Part shown: piece after piece, positions 10,167-19,313 of the stretch | Layout: every line of letters begins with the position of its first letter | Position numbering within the stretch: position 1 is the first letter of the stretch | Source of the DNA: a virus | Taxonomy: Duplodnaviria > Caudoviricetes | IMG/VR virus record: IMGVR_UViG_3300031993_000008 | Location: 64,001-128,000 of that record | DNA: 64,000 nt | Direction: 5' to 3' (one strand) | Notes under the pieces: model-generated | Database searches by the model: none | What the model saw: only the letters and a program-made list of their open reading frames with translations | What the model was told of the DNA's origin: nothing | Made by a program: the position numbers and the translations under genes

Positions 10167-10436
10167 CTACAATTTACCTATTATCATATCTGGAGTAATG
10201 ACAACATACTCCACATCCTCAACCTTAATATATATTCCTCCCATATCAGCAAAGGCAATATGGTCTCCCTTCTTCCACTCATTCTCAAGACCCACACTGT
10301 CAATCACTCCGGTATATGGTTCAGGTATCTCATACATATTCTGGGGTTGTCTGTCTGGAAGAATCAGGGGTGAATTGTTCACACTCTTATCCTTCACCAA
10401 TATTATAGTATCATTTATTGCCTGAAACTTCATCAT
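10167..10436 (-). CDS. GroES-like co-chaperonin
   Basis: FQAINDTIILV..LILPD..GVIDSVG..KKGDHIAF..EYVVITPDMIIG matches the GroES pattern. Confidence 0.75.
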   Translation of the reverse strand: MMKFQAINDTIILVKDKSVNNSPLILPDRQPQNMYEIPEPYTGVIDSVGLENEWKKGDHIAFADMGGIYIKVEDVEYVVITPDMIIGKL

Positions 10437-11494
10437 AACCTATCCCTATATTCCGTCATCTTATCCTGAACACCCTTCATCATCTCTTCAGTCAGATCCT
10501 GCTTAAGAAGAAAATCCTCCACATATTCATCACTGCTCTTTGCATCATTGAAGTTGAACTCACCTGTTGTTTCCAATTCCTGCATCACATTATCACCAAC
10601 AGGAACAAAACTTCTGTATGATGATTTCAATTGTGAACAGAAGTCATCAAAATTACACTTGGTGATGTCACTGCTCTTCACATGGAGTTCAATCCTGTTA
10701 TTCTTCCACCTTTCCATCAGTTCACCCACTGTTGTATAGATGAGATCATAAATGTTCTCTTTCATATATTTAGGTGAAACAGTGTTCTCAATGAAACTGG
10801 TTTTTCCGGTCTTGATTTCCAGGACTGTTATACCTTTTATATTATCCCTATCACCTCTGTCCTTATGATAAGGATTACCTACATAATGGATATTCTTATT
10901 GTCCTGTCTGATGTGAATGTGTCCGGCATATACCTGGGATTTCTTGAAGTCTCCACCCTGGACACCACCAGAAACATTGATTTTCACACCTGACCTGTTG
11001 GCAACCTGTGAACCATTTATTTCAAGATGACCGAAGATGTAATCAACATTGACACCAGAAAGAACCTGTTTCTCCTTTTCAGGATCCTCAATCCAAGGAT
11101 TGAAAAGACAGGACTTTCCGTCAATGACATCAACAATCGGTGTGTAATACACTTTCACACCAGGTATATGTTTCAGCATATTGATTGATGTGATGTCATT
11201 GGTTGACTTCTTCAGAATATCATGGTTACCAACAGTTATCCTGATGTCCTTAAAGATTTCAGAGAACTGCTCAAAAAGTTTGATAACTCTGTGTATGGTG
11301 TTCAGACCAATGGTTGAACGATTGTCAAAGACATCTCCAAGATGAATGAGTATATCTCCCTCCTTCACTTCCTTCCTCATCAATGGTATGACAACATCTT
11401 CAAAGTAACTGATATAATCTTCAAGCCACTCCTCATCATCACCTTTATAACCAAAGTGAGTGTCTGCTAAAAGCCAAATCTTTCTATTTTCCAT
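10433..11494 (-). CDS. gp47/SbcD/Mre11 recombination nuclease subunit
   Basis: ADTHFG, HLGDVFD, VGNHD, FGHLE, AGHIH metallophosphoesterase motifs. Confidence 0.9.
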   Translation of the reverse strand: MENRKIWLLADTHFGYKGDDEEWLEDYISYFEDVVIPLMRKEVKEGDILIHLGDVFDNRSTIGLNTIHRVIKLFEQFSEIFKDIRITVGNHDILKKSTNDITSINMLKHIPGVKVYYTPIVDVIDGKSCLFNPWIEDPEKEKQVLSGVNVDYIFGHLEINGSQVANRSGVKINVSGGVQGGDFKKSQVYAGHIHIRQDNKNIHYVGNPYHKDRGDRDNIKGITVLEIKTGKTSFIENTVSPKYMKENIYDLIYTTVGELMERWKNNRIELHVKSSDITKCNFDDFCSQLKSSYRSFVPVGDNVMQELETTGEFNFNDAKSSDEYVEDFLLKQDLTEEMMKGVQDKMTEYRDRL

Positions 11495-11557
11495 ACATTA
11501 AATATAACAATAAAGGAGGTATTTGTAACCCCCTTCATTTAATGGTCTGAAAATGAA

Positions 11558-12367
11558 TTAGATAAGACCCCACTCTGCCAGGGCTTCAAATCCACCGATA
11601 GAGTCAATATATGCCTTTGCTTCCTCTACAATCTTACTGTAAGGGATACCATTCACCTCTGTATCACCAATGGCACAGAAGAATGTCTGTGTTCTACCAG
11701 TTCTTTGGGCTTCCAGGAAAGCATAGATGTTAACAGACACATCTGCCTTTGATATATCCTTTCCATTGATACCACCACCAGTAACACCACGACCCATATC
11801 TGAACCAAGCTTGCGGTTGACAGCACCAGTATCAACATTTGTTCCACCAGTCCAGTCACCCAGAGGATTGACAGTTATGGTATATTCCGGATAGTTATAC
11901 TGGAGTTCTGCCTTGAGTTCTTCTGAATTTGCACAACTCTGACATACAATCAAAGTCTTTGTCTTGTCATCAATGACATACTTTCCATCTGTGGGATACT
12001 TCTCATATATCTTCTGTACAATATCCCTCAACTCCATCTCTTCCGGAAGTATAGGTTCACCCTTGAAGATACCATTGTCGCCACAACGGATCTCACCATC
12101 CTGGTTGTGTGCCAGGTGTTCATCCTGGGGAACATTGATGAGTTTGAGTTTTACATCATCACCTGCTATCCTCTTGACAACCGGTAACACATTCTCATCA
12201 TTGAAATTGAAACTTGACTCTGCAATAATGGTACAAAGTCCATGACCAAGGAGTACCTCTATTGCAACCTTGGGATTTTGTTGATTAGCATATGCAAGGT
12301 CAACCAATGCACCAGCAATGCGATCTGCCACCTTATCAGGATGGCTGGGGTTTACTTTCTCAAACAT
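11558..12367 (-). CDS. metK: Compact S-adenosylmethionine synthetase-like protein
   Basis: HPDKVADRI, GDNGIFKG, DTGAVNRKL, GGGINGKDISKADVS; 269 aa versus about 390 aa in cellular MetK. Confidence 0.8.
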   Translation of the reverse strand: MFEKVNPSHPDKVADRIAGALVDLAYANQQNPKVAIEVLLGHGLCTIIAESSFNFNDENVLPVVKRIAGDDVKLKLINVPQDEHLAHNQDGEIRCGDNGIFKGEPILPEEMELRDIVQKIYEKYPTDGKYVIDDKTKTLIVCQSCANSEELKAELQYNYPEYTITVNPLGDWTGGTNVDTGAVNRKLGSDMGRGVTGGGINGKDISKADVSVNIYAFLEAQRTGRTQTFFCAIGDTEVNGIPYSKIVEEAKAYIDSIGGFEALAEWGLI

Positions 12368-12403
12368 ACTATATACTTAAAAATTAATATTTTTTCAACA
12401 CTT

Positions 12404-12427
12404 TAAATATAACAAACCTCATAAATA
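12404..12427. promoter_or_regulatory. Back-to-back middle promoter (-, metK) and late promoter (+, cassette array)
   Basis: TAAATATAACAAA at 12404-12416 and CATAAATA at 12420-12427. Confidence 0.7.
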
Positions 12428-12450
12428 TTATATCACATTTCTAAAATAAA

Positions 12451-13221
12451 ATGAAGAAATTAAGTAAAATAGATGAATCAGTCTGGGGTGGTATCCTTGA
12501 CAGAGGAACAGGTGAAATCAATAGAAAGGAGTATGGTAAAAAAGTCCATACCTGTATAGATATTGACATTTACATTAAAGATTCATCCTGTCAGTATGAC
12601 AAATACATAAAACACATCCTGGATTATGATAACTATAAATTACCTTGCAGAATTTGTATAGGTTTTGAACGAATCAGTAATCCAACATATACTCCTGAGG
12701 ATTTGGCAAAAATGAAAAACTTTGAAATGCCATATGATTATGTACTTGATGAATACACCAAACCTAAAAATGAATTTGACTATCTTGTTGCATGGTTTTG
12801 GAAATATAATGAATTTATGGACCACAATACCAATGCTGACATCACTGAAGATGATTATATGTCAATATGTAGAGGTATAGCAATCAAACTAAAAGAGATA
12901 GGTAATCGTATTGAACATATGCCTGGAAACAAAACCAATATTATTGGTCAGGATGGTGTATCCAGTAAGTATTCCAATTTTGCCTTGAAATTGATGGATG
13001 AAAAAAATACTTTCCACTGGAAACATGCACATAATGGCAAATCCTTACTTGATTACAAAGAAGATATGATTCATGAATTTCCGGAATTGAAAGATGTTGA
13101 TTTCTTAATGTGGCCATTCAATCAATTCCCTTATGTAAACATTGGTCTTCCAATCACATCAGTAACTGTCAAAGACTTCAAAAAATATGAAGAATATACT
13201 CATAATTGGTTTACAGTATAA
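12451..13221 (+). CDS. WGGxLDRG-leader protein, cassette 1
   Basis: MKKLSKIDESVWGGILDRGTGEINRKE; cargo is paralogous to the next gene. Confidence 0.85.
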   Translation: MKKLSKIDESVWGGILDRGTGEINRKEYGKKVHTCIDIDIYIKDSSCQYDKYIKHILDYDNYKLPCRICIGFERISNPTYTPEDLAKMKNFEMPYDYVLDEYTKPKNEFDYLVAWFWKYNEFMDHNTNADITEDDYMSICRGIAIKLKEIGNRIEHMPGNKTNIIGQDGVSSKYSNFALKLMDEKNTFHWKHAHNGKSLLDYKEDMIHEFPELKDVDFLMWPFNQFPYVNIGLPITSVTVKDFKKYEEYTHNWFTV

Positions 13222-14003
13222 TGAAGAAATTAAGTAAAATAGATGAATCTACCTGGGGTAATATGTTGGATAGAGGTACTGGTGGTGTAATCAAAAAAGA
13301 AGATGGTAAACTTGTACACACATGTCTTGATGTAGATATAGCCATCAAAGACCAGAAATGTGATTATAATACACTCATTAAAGAAATATTGAATGATGAT
13401 TTTATTAGTGGATTTTACCAAGGGGTGGTAATACTAAATACACAACAGAAATCATATTCACCAGAAGAGATGGCAAACATAAGAAAATTTGAAGCACCAT
13501 ATGCATATCTCATTTATGATGGTAAACATGGTACAAGTCTTGTTGCTGAATTCTGGGCATATTCTGAATTCCAGGATTCTGACCTTACTACTGATTTTAT
13601 TGAAAGTGTATCGGAAGAGGATTACATATCCATCTGTAAAGGTATTGCCACAAAACTGAAAGAAGTCGGAGGAGACATTGCACAACTTCCAAGAAGACAT
13701 TCCACAATTTCTAACACAAAAGACCGTGATTTCAATGATGAATATGTGTTTAAACTCATTGATGAATCAGATATTGCATGGTGGGGAGACTATCCTGATC
13801 CAGAAGGAAGGACTCTTACTGATTTTGAAACGGATATGTTCACAGAGTATCCGGAATTAGCAGATGTTGATTTCTTCACTTGGACATTTTATAGCGGATG
13901 TAATATAGGTATCCCTATCAATTATGACACACTTGTTAATTTCAAGAAATATAAAGAATTTACTAAAAACTGGTTTAAAGTAACAGATGAAGAAACTGAG
14001 TAA
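13221..14003 (+). CDS. WGGxLDRG-leader protein, cassette 2
   Basis: Likely start is ATG 13221 (TAATG coupling); MKKLSKIDESTWGNMLDRGTG; shares VHTC.D.DI.IKD, DY.SIC.GIA.KLKE, PEL.DVDF, NIG.PI with cassette 1. Confidence 0.85.
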   Translation: MKKLSKIDESTWGNMLDRGTGGVIKKEDGKLVHTCLDVDIAIKDQKCDYNTLIKEILNDDFISGFYQGVVILNTQQKSYSPEEMANIRKFEAPYAYLIYDGKHGTSLVAEFWAYSEFQDSDLTTDFIESVSEEDYISICKGIATKLKEVGGDIAQLPRRHSTISNTKDRDFNDEYVFKLIDESDIAWWGDYPDPEGRTLTDFETDMFTEYPELADVDFFTWTFYSGCNIGIPINYDTLVNFKKYKEFTKNWFKVTDEETE

Positions 14004-14982
14004 AATAGATGAATCAACCTGGGGTGATATACTTGACAGAGGTTCAGGAGATACTGTGAGAAAAGAGGATGATGTGAATCATTTTGAGTTCTATGATTTT
14101 GTTCATTATCTTGAAGAGAAATATCCTTCCAAAAACAGAGGTACTGGAATTGTATCTGGGCAATCAATTAAAAACAAAAATATTCTCTATTTATCTATAC
14201 CAATTAAAAGATTTGATAATAAAACTCAATGGTTAAGAATTGAGGTTGATAAAGAAACATTAAAGTATACAGGAAACATAGAGGTTAGCAAATCCTTACA
14301 TACCGAATATGAATATACTTTGTTTTCTAAAAAGATATTGGGTAAAAAGTATAAGATTCTGTATAATTTTAGATTTGAAGACTATATATTGAGACCTATT
14401 GATGGTGAGATAACAAACAGTAGCATTGTGGAATTGATTGACATGTTTTTGCATAATGTTGATAACCCATTATTGAATATAGATGTCAATGAATCCACCT
14501 GGGGTGGTATCCTTGACAGGGGTGCTGGTGATGCCATAAGAAAGGAAGACTTACCGGAACAAAATAAGGAACACTGGTGGAGAAACATTGAATTACCAAA
14601 TGTTCCAAAGTATAAAAAAGATGAGCTCAAGGCATTGGATCTGATGTATGATTTTGCTGTGGATAAGATTAGAAAAAGATTCAATGTTTCCTGGCCATAC
14701 CAGATAGTGTTTCACTTTGATGGTGAACCATATTGGGATTTAAATATTGAACACATAACCCCACGAGGTTATGATACTTTTGCTATGTATGCTCATGGAC
14801 CCAGAGCGCCCTGGCAGATTTATTTTTCAGATATGTCAATGGGTGAAAAGAGAAGTATAAGATACAGACTTGAAAAGAAGAAGTTCTATGTATATCCATA
14901 TAAATATGGAGATGGAAGAGTAGAGTATCATTTAAGGGAACAAAGTACCTATAATAATGAAAAAGGAATTGAATTGAAATGA
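13987..14982 (+). CDS. WGGxLDRG-leader protein, cassette 3 (two modules)
   Basis: N-terminal motif plus internal VNESTWGGILDRGAGDAIRKED. Confidence 0.85.
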   Translation: MKKLSKIDESTWGDILDRGSGDTVRKEDDVNHFEFYDFVHYLEEKYPSKNRGTGIVSGQSIKNKNILYLSIPIKRFDNKTQWLRIEVDKETLKYTGNIEVSKSLHTEYEYTLFSKKILGKKYKILYNFRFEDYILRPIDGEITNSSIVELIDMFLHNVDNPLLNIDVNESTWGGILDRGAGDAIRKEDLPEQNKEHWWRNIELPNVPKYKKDELKALDLMYDFAVDKIRKRFNVSWPYQIVFHFDGEPYWDLNIEHITPRGYDTFAMYAHGPRAPWQIYFSDMSMGEKRSIRYRLEKKKFYVYPYKYGDGRVEYHLREQSTYNNEKGIELK

Positions 14983-15611
14983 TAAAAATAGGCTTGGATT
15001 TCTCACTTGTATCCCCGGCAATATGTGTTTACAAGAATGGAGAGTATTCTTTCATCTCCTTCTTTGATGATTATGGAAAGGACTGGAAAGGAGGAAAGAT
15101 AAAGGCATTCAACTACCATAGGGATCTGTCAAAGTTTATGGAGATGAATCCCTACACAAGACATATTGAAAAGAAGGATTACAGGGAGGAACAGAGGACA
15201 AAGATGAGGGCTGCGAAGATGATCGCAAATAAGATCTCCAACAGACTTGTTGAGATTGTTGGTGGTGAGGAGGTCATCATAGGTCTTGAAGGATTCTCAT
15301 ATGGCAGTATTTCATCATCCACCCTGGACCTGGCACTCTTCAACTCATTTCTCAGGATAAAACTCCTTGAGGATTTCGGTGAGGATTGTCTTGTAATCAT
15401 CTCCCCTACAGAAGGTAAGAAAAACCTTTCAGGTAAGGGAAATGCAAAGAAGGAGGATATGATCCAGGCCTTCATTGAGAACAGGACAAATGACCCGGAT
15501 ATTGAGAGATGTCCATTCTGGAAGTTCTGTAAGGAGAATGAACTTGATTATAAGAACATAAAACCTATTGATGACCTTGTGGATTCATATGGTATATTGA
15601 TAAGTATATGA
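14979..15611 (+). CDS. RuvC-like Holliday junction resolvase
   Basis: IGLDFSL, IGLEGFSYGS, SPTEGKK..GKGNAKKEDM, DDLVDSYGI. Confidence 0.8.
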   Translation: MIKIGLDFSLVSPAICVYKNGEYSFISFFDDYGKDWKGGKIKAFNYHRDLSKFMEMNPYTRHIEKKDYREEQRTKMRAAKMIANKISNRLVEIVGGEEVIIGLEGFSYGSISSSTLDLALFNSFLRIKLLEDFGEDCLVIISPTEGKKNLSGKGNAKKEDMIQAFIENRTNDPDIERCPFWKFCKENELDYKNIKPIDDLVDSYGILISI

Positions 15612-16183
15612 AAAAGTTAAGTAAAATAGATGAGTCAACCTGGGGCAATCTCCTGGACAAAGGTGCCGGAGAAAAAGAAGCAAAGGAAGATACATTCAAT
15701 TTCAACTTCTATCAAATAAAACCGGTTGATTTGGGTCCAGAATTTCCATTCCTTTGGGCAGATACTGACCTGATTGCCAATGATGAAATATACTTTGATT
15801 GGGACACATTACAGAGAATGCTTCCCCAAATTAAGAAAACAGGATGGAGACTTCCCTATTCACCAAACCAAATGAGAGATGTTATTAAACTCATAAACAC
15901 ATCACCTAATCTGAAAACAGTATGGCACCGCAGGGCATTTGGAATGATAGAGAATACAGACACTGGTGAATATGTATCATTTCCTACAGGTAGTCAATTT
16001 GGAGAAACCTATTGGTGTGAAGATGATTATCATTCAACCAATCCAGGAAGACAAATTGAAAATGAAAGGGTATTTGAAATAGGTGAAAACTATTATCAAG
16101 ATGGTAAAAAGATGGTTTTACTTTCAACTAATAATATGGAAAAAACAAGAACAGCAAGAATAAGACTCGTAAAGGACAAATGA
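15608..16183 (+). CDS. WGGxLDRG-leader protein, cassette 4 (DUF1566/Fib_succ_major-like cargo)
   Basis: Leader, then PVDLG..LWADTDL, GWRLP, YW, IRLVKD. Confidence 0.8.
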   Translation: MKKLSKIDESTWGNLLDKGAGEKEAKEDTFNFNFYQIKPVDLGPEFPFLWADTDLIANDEIYFDWDTLQRMLPQIKKTGWRLPYSPNQMRDVIKLINTSPNLKTVWHRRAFGMIENTDTGEYVSFPTGSQFGETYWCEDDYHSTNPGRQIENERVFEIGENYYQDGKKMVLLSTNNMEKTRTARIRLVKDK

Positions 16184-17010
16184 AGAAGTTAAGTAAGTTA
16201 TTGAATGAATCTACCTGGGGTGGTATGTTAGACAGAGGTAGGGAAGATTCTGTAAGTAAACAGGATTTTGGTGCTGAACTGGAAATTGATGGTACAAAAT
16301 ATATATTTGCCAAAGATTTCTGGAATATGGGTGATATATATGAAAAGGAAAATGAAAGTGAATGGACATGTTTTGCCTTCAATAAAATGCCAAATGGAAG
16401 TAAAATCATAACCGGTGACACTGATGCTGCCGGAGTTTTCGGTAGAGACAAATGGGATATTGGTGAAAATGAATATGAGGTATATGTATTGAGGAATTAC
16501 TTTGATAAAACAAAACAGCAATTGGTAGAGAGTTCAATAAATTGGGGTGACATTGATGAAATAGGAATTCCTGAAATCAAAAATATTCTTGTAAAGTATA
16601 TAGAAGAAGTATACACAAAACATATGTCTGATTTTGCATATCACTGGATTCAGGAATTAGAATCAAAAGATTGGTCTCAGGATTTAATAATATGTTGCAA
16701 TATCTACAATGAAGATGATATTCAAAATGGTGAAGATTCTAATATAGATACCATTCAAGATGAATTTAATCACAATGTCATTGAAAAAATACATATCATT
16801 TCATTTTCATCATTGGAACACACAGATTGGGATGAAAGACTTGAAAAGGCATTGACAGATGAATATACAAAGATAGGATATGTCAAGTCAGAGGAATTTG
16901 ACCTGGATCCATTTAATGACCCAGGAAATACAATATGTCTTACATTTGTCCTTTTAGGTGAAGAAAAAGAGGATGATGAAGAAGATGATGAAAACCATAG
17001 AGATTATTGA
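16180..17010 (+). CDS. WGGxLDRG-leader protein, cassette 5
   Basis: MKKLSKLLNESTWGGMLDRGRED; acidic cargo of unknown function. Confidence 0.85.
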   Translation: MKKLSKLLNESTWGGMLDRGREDSVSKQDFGAELEIDGTKYIFAKDFWNMGDIYEKENESEWTCFAFNKMPNGSKIITGDTDAAGVFGRDKWDIGENEYEVYVLRNYFDKTKQQLVESSINWGDIDEIGIPEIKNILVKYIEEVYTKHMSDFAYHWIQELESKDWSQDLIICCNIYNEDDIQNGEDSNIDTIQDEFNHNVIEKIHIISFSSLEHTDWDERLEKALTDEYTKIGYVKSEEFDLDPFNDPGNTICLTFVLLGEEKEDDEEDDENHRDY

Positions 17011-17012
17011 TT

Positions 17013-17552
17013 ATGAAGAAATTAAGTAAAATAGATGAGTCAGTCTGGGGTGGTATCCTTGATAGGGGAACCGGTGAAAAGGTAAAGAAAGAGGATAACT
17101 TGGGCAATATCTTATCACTCAAACCTATTGATATGGGTGGTTCTGTCCTCTGGGCAGACCAGAACCTGATATATGATGGAGAAGAGATATTCACATATGA
17201 TGAGGCAAATGACCTCATATCCCATTCAGAATGGAGACTTCCAACATTAAAGGAGGTTGCTGAACTATATGGACATAACTTATACTATGATTCAAAATAT
17301 ATATACCTTGATGATCCCAAAAAAATATCATTCAAGAAATGTGGTTGTGGATATCCTAAAGATATTATAATTGATAATGGTAAATGTTTTTATGGATGGA
17401 CATCTGAACCATATGTAAAAAATCCAAGAAATATCAATGTATTTGTCATAGACCATTATACAGTAGATTATACAGGAATTGAACCAGCAAGTATCCCTGT
17501 TACCCAAGATAGAGACACCAGATGTTGTATAAGACTGGTCAGAGACAAATAA
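17013..17552 (+). CDS. WGGxLDRG-leader protein, cassette 6 (DUF1566/Fib_succ_major-like cargo)
   Basis: Leader, then PIDMGGSVLWADQNL, WRLPTLKEVAEL, YGWTSE, CIRLVRD. Confidence 0.8.
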   Translation: MKKLSKIDESVWGGILDRGTGEKVKKEDNLGNILSLKPIDMGGSVLWADQNLIYDGEEIFTYDEANDLISHSEWRLPTLKEVAELYGHNLYYDSKYIYLDDPKKISFKKCGCGYPKDIIIDNGKCFYGWTSEPYVKNPRNINVFVIDHYTVDYTGIEPASIPVTQDRDTRCCIRLVRDK

Positions 17553-17581
17553 AAAAGAGAGGACAAAATCCTCTCTTTTTC
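17553..17581. terminator. Bidirectional terminator closing the cassette array
   Basis: AAAAGAGAGGA-caaaa-TCCTCTCTTTT. Confidence 0.8.
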
Positions 17582-17609
17582 CTTTCAAATGTTTAATCTA
17601 AATATTTTT

Positions 17610-18467
17610 TTATGCAAAACGAACAGGAGTCAGAACTACATAAGTCTTGGTACCCTTTGCATCCACAGAGATGAACTTAATCTTGTTGCTGTGGAACTCA
17701 ATGTCATAATGTTCATCTGAATCAATCCAGACAAAGTATGACTTGTTGAAACAGTGGAGATAAGGTTCATCAGTCTTATTTTCACCATCTTCATAAGAAA
17801 GCTTCTTAGTGTAGAGTTTGTCAAATGCATTGAACTCCTCAATAAGACCATCCTCCAGGAATTTATTGACTGTCTCACGGACATTCTCATCAGTACTCTC
17901 AATCTCTGATACCAGTACAGTCTCACCACTGATTGAGAAGAATACTCTGCAAGACTCCTTGTTAAGAGCAAAGAGTTGAGACAGATACTTAAACTCATTC
18001 TCTGAAATACCAACCTTATATTCAAGAGTTGAATTATCCTCAAAGATACTCTGACGGGCATGGTCAGGAATTTCAAGGAATGCAAGTGCTTCCTTATCAG
18101 CAGCAGGGACAGTGAGGTTTACCTCATCATTAGCAACAATGACCTTCTTTGCATAACCATTGTCCTCAATAAAGAAGGTAACATCCACACCCTCTGTACC
18201 AACAAGACCAAGTACAGAAACCAACTTACCGGCATTACTGAACTGAATCTTTACAAGATCATCCCCACACTCATTGGTGAAACTCTCACAGTAGTTGTTG
18301 AGGTCAGCGGTGATAGACTTCAATGCAGACTTGTTCTTATTATAAGCAGTTGACTCGAACCTGTCTCCCTGGACATTTATAAAAATCATATTGTCCAATG
18401 AGGCACTTCTCTTGATGAGAGTATTAAACTCCTTTACATCACAATTCTTTAAAACGATTTTCTTCAT
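17610..18467 (-). CDS. Probable DNA polymerase sliding clamp (gp45-like)
   Basis: Size, acidic two-domain beta/alpha pattern, middle promoter, close to PolB; no diagnostic motif. Confidence 0.55.
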   Translation of the reverse strand: MKKIVLKNCDVKEFNTLIKRSASLDNMIFINVQGDRFESTAYNKNKSALKSITADLNNYCESFTNECGDDLVKIQFSNAGKLVSVLGLVGTEGVDVTFFIEDNGYAKKVIVANDEVNLTVPAADKEALAFLEIPDHARQSIFEDNSTLEYKVGISENEFKYLSQLFALNKESCRVFFSISGETVLVSEIESTDENVRETVNKFLEDGLIEEFNAFDKLYTKKLSYEDGENKTDEPYLHCFNKSYFVWIDSDEHYDIEFHSNKIKFISVDAKGTKTYVVLTPVRFA

Positions 18468-18521
18468 ACTATTGTTTAACTATTAGAATATTTTCTGTAC
18501 ATTAAATATAACAAATAATTC

Positions 18522-19292
18522 TCAAAACAGAGCAATTTCTTCAGGTTGTCCATCAAATCTTTCTGTTTCACCCTTATCCCAATCCATCACCTTTGCCGGA
18601 ATCTCTGAATATGGGATACACATTGTAACACCATCCATCTGATATATGTTATAGGAAATCACATTGGCAATCTCTTTTATCATATCAAAAGGAATCTCTC
18701 CCTTGAACTTGTCTTCATACCAGTCAATAACATCATACAATATGTTCTCCCTGGCAAGCAGAAGTGAATCACCCTGCCACTCATACCCATATGTTGACTT
18801 GATTGCCTCATACATCTGTTCAGTCCAGAAGTATCTGTCATCTAAATCTTTGAGACCTTCATTGATTCTCCTCATCTTCCTGTCAAGAAGTCCCTGTCTT
18901 TCAGAGAGGGAAATCATCTTTCCTGTTGATACATCATACCTGGATACCAGATATGGTGCCTCACCACAGGTCACCTCAAGAACCTTCCTTCTTATATATG
19001 CCCTGTTGTTTCCTTCAAACCTGTCATCCACAGAATCATTCATCTTCTTGATGATTTCAATTGGAGTATAAACCTCAGCCTTGGAATCAGTCCTGGACTT
19101 CTGGTCATCCAATGACTTCAGGACTCTAGGTTTGATGACATCACCTGATATTATCTGTTCTACCTGGATGGAAGACTTTGGATCATATCCATACTGGTCA
19201 GTACCCCAGAGAATGTTGTTCCCTGTTGTCCTGTCCATAAGGAGTATCTCCAGAATCTCCCTCGGTATTTCAAACTCTTTGATATCTATCAT
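18522..19292 (-). CDS. Restriction-modification methylase-like protein (SAM-binding half only)
   Basis: KAEVYTP (motif X), LEVTCGEAPYL (motif I), YGYEWQGDSLLLARENI, NIYQMDG; no NPPY/DPPY. Confidence 0.7.
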   Translation of the reverse strand: MIDIKEFEIPREILEILLMDRTTGNNILWGTDQYGYDPKSSIQVEQIISGDVIKPRVLKSLDDQKSRTDSKAEVYTPIEIIKKMNDSVDDRFEGNNRAYIRRKVLEVTCGEAPYLVSRYDVSTGKMISLSERQGLLDRKMRRINEGLKDLDDRYFWTEQMYEAIKSTYGYEWQGDSLLLARENILYDVIDWYEDKFKGEIPFDMIKEIANVISYNIYQMDGVTMCIPYSEIPAKVMDWDKGETERFDGQPEEIALF

Positions 19293-19313
19293 TTTACCAA
19301 AAATAACAAATTA

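Noticed and set aside
12451-17552. Leader repeats as a CRISPR array or integron attC sites
   Set aside because: The repeats are protein-coding with synonymous variation, non-palindromic and spaced by whole genes; no cas or integrase gene in the window.
15608-17552. Complete diversity-generating retroelement
   Set aside because: No reverse transcriptase or template repeat is visible here.
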